Origin: Sphagnum compactum
Taxonomy: Eukaryota
Assembly: GCA_965153455.1 (NCBI GenBank)
Contig: OZ234494.1
Location: forward strand, 8,370,001-8,434,000
Direction of reading: 5' to 3'
Length of the DNA stretch: 64,000 bases
Shown here: positions 27,206-38,520 of the stretch, one piece after another
Layout: each line of letters begins with the position of its first letter
How positions within the stretch are numbered: position 1 is the first letter of the stretch
Translations under genes and position numbers: made by a program
The notes under the pieces: model-generated
Database searches by the model: none
What the model was told of the DNA's origin: nothing
Seen by the model: only the letters and a program-made list of their open reading frames with translations

Positions 27206-30200
27206 TTTAGAGGAGGTTGACATGCATCCCTTATATCCTACACCTCTTATTTGGGCCTCTATTACTAACTTTCACATCCAACACAAAATACTAATTGCTT
27301 CCCCAGCTTCATCCATAAAGACAAAAAATTTGAACAATCTAAGGTGAGAGATTATTCAAATGTTACCACCTTGCCCAATCATTATGACCAACGAATTGCA
27401 AGCAATAATTTTTAATAGAAGAACCAACCCTTGTGCATACCATTGTGTCTTGTGTAAATACACAATTTCAAACCCATTTGTAAACCATTTGTTTTTATTA
27501 AGCCTTGTGGATACCGTTAAATCTTACAAAAATCAAAAGTCCAAACCAATGTCATGTGAATATTGACACATGTTGGGTTTTGACACTTATTAGGTTAATC
27601 ATGCTATATTATATGTCCAATATTATGGTGGAAAAGACAAAAGTATTAGGACCAGGGTATGTCATTGAATTCAAAAATATATACATAAATTTGGCATGAA
27701 ATTTTTTCTCAAGATGGCTATGAATGTGGCTAGGAAGGAGAGTGGTATTTCTTTCCAAGTTCGAGATGTGATGAATCATTTGAATGTATGTTTCCCATGA
27801 TTATGTTCCTACACCAATTTAATTCCAATTTGCACTAATTTTCATCTGGGTGCAAATTGATTTCACCTTGAAGTCATCATAACAAAGTCATCCTAGTTTC
27901 GTCCTAGAGTTCCTATTCTTTCTTTCTTTGTGAAAGTTCAGAAATGCACCTTGGGTTTATATTTTGTTGCACAATTGTGAATTAGTAAGATTCTTTACCC
28001 CTCATACCGTTTGACAAACCTAGTAGTGTGTCACTCATTACAAGTTTAAAAAATTTCACCTTGTATTTTTATTCATTAACTTCAAAACATATCCCAATTT
28101 GAAATGCACAAATTATTATTTATTCTTAAATTTCTTTGATGAAAAATAAAATAAATATTGAAGTGATTGCCATGTCACTAAATTTGCCCAATTCATCTTC
28201 ATGGGCATGAAGGTCTATTTCAAAATTGAAAAACTCCCCAACACCTTCGAATGTCTTTGTTTGTAAAATAACAATGACGCTATATTGTGAACTTGTCAAT
28301 GTGAGCCTATGAACATGAACAATAAAAAATATTTTTAGTATATTTTATCCACGTCATTGGAATATTCTTTGACAAAAAATTTCAACATGGTGGAATATTT
28401 GTTGACAAGGCCGAATGTTCTACGACATCATTCAAATATTAAATTATTTCATCATGTCATATGTGTACGTGTACATGTGGCTTATTCAAACTATTAATTG
28501 GCCTGTTTCAAATAAGTGAAGTTGTAATATGAACCAATGGATCTTCAAATTTGTGACATCTTACGATCTCAACCATTTGATGTCAATTTTTTCTATTATA
28601 ATTCAAGCCGTTAGATGTTTGAATCTATAACAATTTACAAATTTAGTTGTTTGATATAGATTTTTTTTGTTGCAATTTGAACCATCTAATGTTTGAATCT
28701 ATGACATCTTACAATCTCAATCATTCAATACCAATTTTTTATGCTGCAATTTGAATTGTCAAATACTCGTTGCATCTATATTTTGATTTTTTCCCTTTGT
28801 GATCCAATAAATTAGAATTGAGTTTTGTCATTCATTTCAATTTTTTTGAAATTTCATTTCTTGTCTCTACATTTAATTCCTACTTCGCAATTTGTTTTCT
28901 CTTACCCATTTATTTACTTAAATTACAAGTTCATTTTTTAAAGTTCATTTTTAGTTTTTGGTAAAATGGAGTTCTTGTCATCTTTCCAAAACTTCATTGT
29001 TCATGACCACATGCCCCCTAAGTTAGTGCAAATTTAATGGAATGAGATAGAAGTGGTGGACTACAAATGCACAATTGTAGAAATTTCATCGCTTCAACAA
29101 AGAAACTCAAGATGGAAGAAGGTGATTAACGATTACACTCACTAAAGCACGAGGAAACTTGCACTACACAAGCTCACAGTGAAGGAAGTCTAAATTAGAG
29201 AGGTTCCAAATTTTCAATTTGTGGTTTCAAATTACTTCCACAATTGATTGTTTTTCAATTCGCGCAAAAGACTCACCTTGAGCATGCCCAAGCGATTCAA
29301 AAAATCAAGCCTTAGGTCTTTGAGCCTAAAGGATCTCCAAATTTTGTGCAATGTTTTTATTATTATGTTAATGATTTGACAACAAAATGTGGGTCAAGAT
29401 TACTTTTTTAGCCATTGGAACTCCCATCAAACATTGTTGCAACAAGAAACTTGAATAAACTTGTTTTTCAATCTCAAACTATTTTGTTGTTTTTAACAAC
29501 TTTTTTATTCTTGTTTCATTTATGGAAAAACACATTTTAAGCTCCTCCTTGTTTTAGAATCCATTTCTTATACTTCTTAATTGTAGCTTATGTTGAATTT
29601 CCTTCATCTCGTAATCTAGGCCTTTCATTGAATTCCAAAACACTTGCATGTTTAATTCATCCCACTCATTACAAAACATTTTAGTCAACATTATATTCAA
29701 AAGATTATAATTATTTGTACTCAATAATGTCATGCGCTAATGTCAGAAAAGGATGTGAAAATTTGACAAGTTGAAAAATATGGATATACTTTTGGTTTAC
29801 ATTGTCATTATCAACATCAAATGTATGCCTTTTTCAATATCAAATCAAGTGGGTCTGTGGTCATTGTAAAATACATTAATTCATTGTGAATTTCATATTT
29901 CGATAGAAATGTTAGATTGTTGCAAGTCCTAGAATTACAAACACGCACCACTTTAATGGGAACCAACAATGACATGAAATTTCATGAGTATTTAATCAAA
30001 TAGTGGATGTTATACCACATTTTTCATTCGTCACCATTCCTGATTATATGTTGTGAGGTTTCACTATTAATTTATTTGTTTCATCTTGTATTGGATAAAC
30101 AAACATGTTTGAAATAGATCAAAATAATTCTTGTCAAGTTCCTAAGGACTTAGACATGTACCCTCCATTCAACCAAATAGAATTGGTGATAGTTGATGCA

Positions 30201-30379
30201 AAATACAAAGTGAGAGTCAGATAATGGTGTAGTAAACAATTGTTTGTAGAATTATAAAATTTATGTGACTATGATTTGTATGTTTAACCTATATTCTCGA
30301 CAGCTTATGACAAGCTCTAGGAGACAATCCCTAGCCAATGCAGTCAACAAATTGAAACTATATAATGTAAATTTAAAGA

Positions 30380-30780
30380 CAATCCAACTACTATTTGAGA
30401 TTTGCTTCAAAACAGAAAGGTGTGCTAGACAATGTAATCAAGAAAAAATGGCCAAAAGACCATATTGACCTAGAGGAAAATGCCTATGAGTCATCAACAT
30501 TTGTTTATTGCAAAGAGGTGGTTGCATCAGTTTCGAAAATGCATGTAGGGAGGAGCATCAATGATGAGTCATCGCAAAGGAGGGAAGGCTCTTGGAACAA
30601 TGACAAAAAGGAAACACTAGAAGTGATGATGGGGTTTTCGAGAGGAGTGGACGACCAACTATTAATGATGCATTAAAGCTCGCCTCAATGTTTTCGAAGA
30701 GGAGATCATTGATAAAACACTAAAAAATAACAACAAGAGGAAAACAATAGATTTGGAGACATGAACTAAAACTATGATAA
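30380..30780 (+). pseudogene. Possible decayed Myb/SANT (trihelix-like) Harbinger accessory ORF
   Basis: Frameshifted RQC...KW...RK..YE pattern at ~30420-30490. Confidence 0.25.
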
Positions 30781-31249
30781 GAACCATCTTGTACTAGACA
30801 AATGATTAAAAATGGATGTTTTATGCTTGAAAAAGATGTGTGTGTTTGTCAATTGTCGAATTCCATTTTTTGATGAATGTTTGCATTGAACATGACTAGG
30901 AATGTTTTTTGTTAAACATCATCGCAAACGATAAACATAGGATGGGGAAAACAAGAGTTAAAAATCAATATAATTAAACAAGGACCATTGTAAAACAAAC
31001 TACAAACAATTGAAAATCTTTTAGGTGTAAAATAGTTCACTATAAACTTAATGGTAGAAACACTTAAGTGTTTTCAGTACCAAATTTAAACTAGATGATG
31101 AAAAAAATTCATACTTATTCCATAAAAAAACTTGAGACTATTGGGAGATCTTAATCAATATCAAAAGGGATTGAAGATAGACCCTTATTCATGGTAACTT
31201 AAAGCAAAGTAGTTAAGGACATGCCTTTGTTTGCAAAATAATTCAAACA

Positions 31250-34200
31250 TCATTTGGTTAGTTCTTGTAGATCATGGAAAGAGCATCAAGATTTGTTAAC
31301 CCAAGTCTACAATGCTACAAACTAGTTAAAATTCTAACCATAAATAAAATTATTTTTGTCCCAATTTGGGAAACAAGAATTATAAATATTTGTTGGTAAA
31401 AAAAGCCACGTTGGGTACAATTAACATGTTTTGCCCACCAAACCAAAGGTGAACTTGCATCACCATTGATGTCCACAACACAATGTCAACATTACAAAAA
31501 ACAATTTAACTTCCAACAAATTTTCATTTGTTTCTTCATTTGAAGTTGGAACATCAAAAAGAAAATTGGATGGGCATTGTGCAAGTGTAGGAGATTGCGC
31601 AATAATCAAAAGTAGGAATTGCTTACATTTCATAGGCATGGGGAGTAACATTTTTTTCATTTTTTTGGGTAAGAATTTGGCCCTTTGATGGCCAAAATAA
31701 TCCATTGCACATTTGAACCCTTTGTACTTAAAGTTTAATATTAATTTTAACATGTTAAGAACATTGGCAATTAAAAAATAATCCAAAAGAATAAAAAAAG
31801 GACAACACATTGACAACCTTTACATCTATGTAAGAGTAAAAATCTTGTTGTTTGTAACCATTCCCTATGCGACTATGGGCAACTAAGTGTTGCCTACAAC
31901 TATGAATGGTTGCTTATGGAACTATTTAAAAAATTTGGATGGATTTTGGTCTTCCTTTCAATTAGGTTGCACCAATGACCTATTTCATCTTTCCAATAGG
32001 TTAATTTTTCATGATGTCTTTGTATTTTTTACAACATCGTATATACATTTAGCTATACATGTACCTAAAATAATCACATTATAATTGCATAAAGTACATA
32101 TGTTATCTAGTAGCTACACATATAGACTATTTAATATTACATACATACCTATATGTTTATACGTACCTACTATATACGTACCTACTTACTTACTAAATAC
32201 CTAAATATATATTTACATACCCATTAATTACCTAATAAGATATTTAAATAATTATTTATAGGCATATATCTAAATAGTTATTTAAAATAAATAATTGTCT
32301 AAAGGTTATTTAAATACGCATTTAAAATAAATATTATTTAAATAGGTACCTAGTAAGAACTTATGCTACTTAGCTAGTAGGTAGGCTATTTAATAGTATG
32401 TGTTAGGAAATAGTTGTAATTAGGTTTATTATGCGATTAGGCGACAACAAAAAATTTATCCCATATTGTTTGTCTCCCTTTCAAGTTTACAAATTATATA
32501 AGTAGGTTGGTTTGGTGTGGTAAACACATTCAATTTTTTCAATTGCCATATGGGAGGCGTTAATTACATAGGCTCCACCCAAAAGGTTAAACTTAAAATA
32601 AAATAAGATTATGTTGTAAAAGTTTTAGACCTAGATCTAAGTACACCTACCTATTTAGGTTAGACCAATGGCTAGGTGGCCTAGGTGCCACATGGTTTAT
32701 TATAAATGGATTAACTTGAAACTAGTTTAGGTACTTTAGACACCTAGTTAGGCTAGGTCATCTAGCCTAAGCCTAACTAGATGCTACATGGCCTATCATA
32801 AATGGTCCAACCTTACACTAACCCTAGGTGATTATAGGGTAATTTTAAGTTGCCACATGGCTTAATCTAGTTGCTTTCATTGGATGGTTGAAAAAAAAAG
32901 GAAAATATTTGTTTGGCAAAATATTTGAAAAAATCCAAATGATGCCATGTGTCACATTCTTAGGCTACCATGTGTGAATAAATATATTGGTGTGCATTGT
33001 AATTGCAAGTGTAATTACAAGTGTAGTCACATGAATTCATCCTTAAATACATGTATAAAATCGTCATATTTGTATTCTACACACTCAAAAATTCATTCGT
33101 TGTTTGTGACGAATGTTGTTGTCAACTTGTTGTTTATTGTTAGGCTGACTTTTAGTTGCAAGCAACATTTACAACTAAAATCTAATTGCAAACAATAGTC
33201 ACAAATGACGTTTTCTTTTAATAATGATGTGTCCATAAAAGATATTGACATCATCATCAATTACTCCACACAAGAAAGGAGAAACTTGCAACATTTAAGG
33301 TATTAAACACTCAAGGTAATTACAACATTTAACATATTAAGCAAACATTAATACAAAAGTGGGGGAGTAGTTCATTAGTTTAAATCATTATGGGACTTAA
33401 AACTGAAATAAGTTCACCCCACCTTAGTCAATTCATCTTGTTTAAAATTATATCATTATAAGATCATTATGTAATCATCATGTTACAATTATAGTCAACG
33501 CAATACATTATTAATTGAAATAATTCATTATAATAATAAAAAATTGATGTGGTTTTAAATACCCTAAATTATTATAGTTTCTTTTATCATAGGTTATTTT
33601 AATCCATTTACCTTATGTTATTCTCAACTATTATAAATTGTTCTGCCCTGAGATGTTTTTGGTTATTTTATGATATTCCACTTGAAATTATTTTAAGTTA
33701 TCTATTTACAAACTTTTTTGATTATCATAAGTTATTCCACCTTAATTTATTTTGGGCTATTTTATTTTAAATTATTTTTGCTATTATAATTTAGCCTATT
33801 TTCAATTATTTTAGCTTATTTCACCTTAAAATATTATTGGTTATTCCATCTTGGGTTATTTTTAATTATTATAGTCAGGCTATTTTAAGGTATTTAAATT
33901 ATTCCACCTTAGGCAATTTGAAAATATTCTAAAATATTTTAAGTGGTTCTAACCTAAATTAATTAATTTTATTCTAGGTTATTCCACCCTAGGTTATTTG
34001 AAATTAATCCACCTTGGGTTATTCTAAGTTATTAGATCCTAGAATAAACTAATGTTATAACTTAAAATAATATAGGGTTACATGATTTAAAATAATTGAA
34101 AAAGATCTAAATAATTTCAAGTGAAATTATTTATAATAGTCCTAATTAGATTAATGTATAATAGCTGAAAATAATATAGATTAACTTAAAATAGCCTATA

Positions 34201-35870
34201 ATAACCTAAGTATAATCATTTAAAATAACCAAGGTTGGAATAAGTTATAATAATTTAAAATATCCAACAATGGGATAACTAAAAATAGCCTAAAGTACAA
34301 TATCATAAAATATTCAAAAATGACATAAGGTATAATAGCCTATAATATTTTAAGATTAGCTTAAAATCTTAGACTATGGTAATTTAAGAATAACCTAAGG
34401 TAATTTACAATAGCCTAAAAATAATTCAAAATAACTTACATTAATTTATGAATAACCTAGGACTAGTCTACACATTGGTTAAGAAAAAAATGTGCATAAT
34501 AATATGTGATGACAAATCATTTCACTTATTTAAATTGTGATGCAATGGTTGAAGCTTATTTTTTTAAGCATGGAAGTGAGGGATTCAAACCTTCAAATTT
34601 GCACCTTAAATTGATGAGTGAAGTGGTTTAAATTACTTTAGGTTCTTAGGTAACTTAACATAGGCTAAAATCTTACATGCCTAATTTAGTTCAAGTGGTC
34701 AACTTAATAAATTAAATTATTGATGGATTTCATTAATTATTTTAAAATTAAATATTAATAATTTTGATTAACTATTAATGAATTCATTATCAACAAATTG
34801 GGTTAGCAATTAATGAATTAATTATTAATGAATTCACTTGTTTATAACAATTGGTCCCTATTCATTAGGGCTTGACCATTTTTTCCACGGTAAATTTGTT
34901 AAATGCATTCAAAATCTAGTGAAATGGAACACATATTTGTGTAATGAAAAGTTAATTAACAATTTTTGGTCTATTTTAAACCACAATGCTCCATGATTGG
35001 TTATAAATTTTGTCACACAATTCATGTAATGGCCCAACTTAGTTCAACATGCATTTCGTTTGTAGGTGCAAATATTATTTATGATAACAAATGTTACATG
35101 AATAACATCAAAACATTTAAAATTTCATGGAAAATGACAACCTTATTTCTAAACCTTGTTCTTGCCAATGATTTTATAAGTTTCATTACATGTAAACCTA
35201 TTTTGAACAACACAAGCCTTGTTCCATTTTTATCAAAAAAAATTTAAAATTGTTTTACATTATTGTTTTCTACTATAACTTGTTAGGCATCCTTCAAAGC
35301 TCCTTTAGACCAAACACACACATTATAATCATTTGTGACATATTGGCAAGCCTTAAACATTGCATGTCCAAAACAATTTTTTAGAAATGGAGTCTTTAGT
35401 TTTAATGGTTCATAATTAATTATGATAAAAAGGGCAAAGGCTAATGACTCGTTCAAATTGACTTGAACTTTTATTTTGCACATAAGCAAAGGACTATATG
35501 TGTGAGTTTGAATTGGGCTAACAACAATTTCACAATGTTTACCAAAGTAATCTCACCTATGATCATCGATGTTGGGGGTTTCAAAAAAACCAATAGTAAC
35601 ATACTTAGGATCTCATGCATCATCAATGAAATTGACAATTGGTGCAAATGTGTCAAACCCAATGGTGAAACATGCACAAATCAAATGTCACATAAGTTGT
35701 GGCACAAATAGAGAGGTAAAATAAGACTAATTTGTCCATGGTTTATTGCAACATAGCAAAGAATGTGTTCCTTCACCAATTGCCTATAATTTAAAAACCT
35801 AATTTTGTTGTCCTTGCACATAACAAAACATTGTAGTCAAGGTGATTCAACATGGATTCAAATCTAAGAA
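31250..35870 (-). pseudogene. Fragmented hAT-like transposase split by ~3 kb of nested low-complexity insertions
   Basis: C-terminal dimerisation-like motif at 31250-31455 (PLVWWAKH...QIFIILVSQIGT...ILTSL*HCRLGLTNLD...KN*PND); NMLKLILNFKYKG at ~31720-31760; upstream CFGHAMFKACQY at ~35340-35375. All are on the minus strand and in colinear order. Confidence 0.6.
33550..34460. repeat. AT-rich low-complexity fold-back region
   Basis: The left half is built from GGTTATT/TTATTCCACCTT motifs and the right half from their complements AATAACC/AATAGCCT; polarity switches near 34030-34050. Confidence 0.55.
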
Positions 35871-36978
35871 GATGACATCACCATAACCTTAACTTTTTGC
35901 AAGTGCAAACAGTGCCGAGATGTAGGCGAAGTGTTACAACTCTTACAAGGTTGATGTAGCTTTGTAGGCAGGTTATTACTGGCCCACCCTCTTTAAGGAT
36001 GCCCATGATTATTGTAGGAATAGTGATGTATATCAAATCTCCCTCCCAAGTTTGCACTGAAACCGTAATGGTCTGTTAACAATGGGGTATATAAAATCTC
36101 AAAAACCCTAAACCCTGAGTACGCTGAACTACATACCAAGTGGGTATGCCCTCTAGTACAAGTGCTTGTACATCTAACTGTGTATGCCTGCATAACACTG
36201 ATCCAAACCCATTTCCACACTATTTTGATTGAAGGCTGTATACTTCATCCAAATTTTTTCCAATGTACATACATACATGCCGTCTCAGTGCTATAACTGG
36301 GCCACAACTGCTATCTGGACCTCTACAAGCATTTATGATATCCACTATACAGTGTCAATTACTCCCCATTCCCACCCCCACAAAACATGAAAAAGTGAAA
36401 AGTAGGAAATGAGAGAGGACTAGGAAACAGTAAATTCCATCTACTTGGTCTCTTAGAAGGCCCTGTATGTGGGTTCCCTTTACAGGCCCCAATGAAGTTT
36501 CACACTATTTTCTGCTGTACTTCATCCCAAATTTAGCCTGCAGGCCATTTTAGTGCTGCGTGGGTGAAGAGACTCTTTAATTGCTGAACTCAGTTATCTG
36601 TGATGAGGGAGCGAGTCCATGTTAAATTGTGAATGGCTGCGGGTTACTGTTACTGTTCCCATGGTAGTAGTAGCACCCCCACAGTGTGTATGCATTGCAG
36701 TAGTACCATCCCCTTGCTCGCTTGTATATATTACTGCAATTGATGTTGCTGAATATGCAATATGTCTAACTGCAATTGCTGTCTGTGACTTTGTATCATT
36801 TGATCTAGTTTTCAGGCCTTGAGAGCTTCAGCATTGTAGTAGCTAGCTATCTCTGGGTCTGTAACTGGGTCTAGCGGCTGCTCTGAGTATTGTTGTCCTT
36901 ACTGATCTGAGGCTTGATTTGTGTGTGTCTCTTTGGATCGGGTTTACTGTAATTTGGTGTTGTCTGCAGCTGAGAAAC

Positions 36979-38520
36979 ATGACGACGTGCACTAATTTGG
37001 CTTCATTGTTGCTGGTATTTGCTGTGGTGGGCTCTATTGTAAACCCATTAGGAGCAGAGAGTCGTCCACTCTTGCAGACTGGAACGAAGAAGGACCTGAG
37101 TGGTGCTTTCTGGGATCTGTTTCCTAATTGCTCGCCTCCGCCTCTGGTGGTTTACAGTCCTCCATACTCCGCGCCAGCTCCAGCGAGCGAAACGCCGCCT
37201 TATTCCGCTCCGGCTCCAGAAGGCATTTACACCCCTCCGTTTTCTGCCCCAGCTCCTGAAATTGAATCCTCTCCGCCTCCCTTCTACGGACCGCCAGCAC
37301 CCATTTACTCCTCTCCATCGCCAATTTCCTCCTCTCCATCACCAGTTTATTCTTCTCCGTCCCCAGTGTATTCTTCACCGTCTCCAGTTTCTTCTTCTCC
37401 ATCTCCAGTTTCCTCTTCTCCTTCTCCCGTGTATTCTTCTCCATCTCCAGTTTCCTCTTCTCCTTCTCCCGTGTATTCTTCTCCATCTCCAGGTTCCTCC
37501 TCTCCTTCGCCTGTGTATTCTTCTCCCTCTCCAGTTTCCTCTTCTCCATCCCCAATTTCCTCCTCTCCATCTCCAGTTTCTTCTGCTCCTCCTTCTTCTC
37601 CAGTGTATTCTTCTCCGTCTCCTGTTTCCAGCTCTTCTCCGCCTTCTTCGCCAGTGTACTCTTCTCCGTCTCCAGTTTCCAGCTCTTCTCCACCTTCTTC
37701 CCCAGTGTACTCTTCTCCGTCTCCAGCTTCCAGCTCTTCTCCGCCTTCTTCCCCAGGGTATTCTTCTCCGTCTCCAGTTTCCAGCTCTTCTCCACCTTCT
37801 TCCCCAGGGTATTCTTCTCCATCTCCTGTTTCCAGCTCTTTTCCGCCTTCTTCCCCAGTGTACTCTTCTCCGTCTCCAGTTTCCAGCTCTTCTCCCCCTT
37901 CTTCCCCAGTGTACTCTTCTCCGTCTCCAGTTTCCAGCTCTCCTCCGCCTTCTTCTCCAGGGTATTCTTCTCCGTCTCCAGTTTCCAGCTCTTCTCCACC
38001 TTCTTCCCCAGTGTACTCTTCTCCGTCTCCAGTTTCCAGCTCTTCTCCGCCTTCTTCCCCGTCTCCAGGTTCCAGCTCTTCTCCGCCTTCTTCCCCAGGG
38101 TATTCTTCCCCGTCTCCAGTTTCCAGCTCTTCTCCACCTTCTTCCCCAGTGTACTCTTCTCCGTCTCCAGTTTCTAGCTCTTCTCCGCCTTCTTCCCCAG
38201 TGTATTCTTCCCCGTCTCCAGTTTCCTCTTCTCCGTCGCCAAGTTCCTCTTCTCCGGTGTCCTCGTCTCCCTCACCCACATACTCATCCCCTTCACCTGT
38301 GTCTTCATCTCCGCCCATGTGTTCATCTCCTCCACCGGTGTCGTCGTCACCTTCTCCAGTTTCCTCTTCCCCTTCACCCGTTTCTTCTTCCCCTTCGCCG
38401 GTCTCGTCGTCTCCTTCCCCAGTTTCCTCGTCCCCTTCACCAGTCTCTTCGACGCCATCTTCTCCAGTCTACTCTTTTCCTCCTCCCGTTTACTCCTCCC
38501 CTGCACCTGGAGGCTACTAA
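36979..38520 (+). CDS. Secreted Ser/Pro-rich extensin-like hydroxyproline-rich glycoprotein (513 aa)
   Basis: ATG at 36979 just after a CTGCAG acceptor-like site; hydrophobic signal peptide LASLLLVFAVVGSIV; three PP(Y/F)SAPAP motifs; 7-aa SSPSPV(Y/S) repeats and ~12 17-aa SSPSPVSSSSPPSSP(V/G)Y repeats with synonymous third-position variation; TAA stop. Confidence 0.88.
   Translation: MTTCTNLASLLLVFAVVGSIVNPLGAESRPLLQTGTKKDLSGAFWDLFPNCSPPPLVVYSPPYSAPAPASETPPYSAPAPEGIYTPPFSAPAPEIESSPPPFYGPPAPIYSSPSPISSSPSPVYSSPSPVYSSPSPVSSSPSPVSSSPSPVYSSPSPVSSSPSPVYSSPSPGSSSPSPVYSSPSPVSSSPSPISSSPSPVSSAPPSSPVYSSPSPVSSSSPPSSPVYSSPSPVSSSSPPSSPVYSSPSPASSSSPPSSPGYSSPSPVSSSSPPSSPGYSSPSPVSSSFPPSSPVYSSPSPVSSSSPPSSPVYSSPSPVSSSPPPSSPGYSSPSPVSSSSPPSSPVYSSPSPVSSSSPPSSPSPGSSSSPPSSPGYSSPSPVSSSSPPSSPVYSSPSPVSSSSPPSSPVYSSPSPVSSSPSPSSSSPVSSSPSPTYSSPSPVSSSPPMCSSPPPVSSSPSPVSSSPSPVSSSPSPVSSSPSPVSSSPSPVSSTPSSPVYSFPPPVYSSPAPGGY

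Noticed and set aside
36102..36116. Telomere-like AAACCCT repeats (also ~43897)
   Set aside because: Only two units; insufficient for an interstitial telomere call.
36919..36978. N-terminal extension of the HRGP ORF from a TTG start
   Set aside because: Non-ATG start in intron-like sequence ending in CTGCAG; the ATG at 36979 gives a proper signal peptide.
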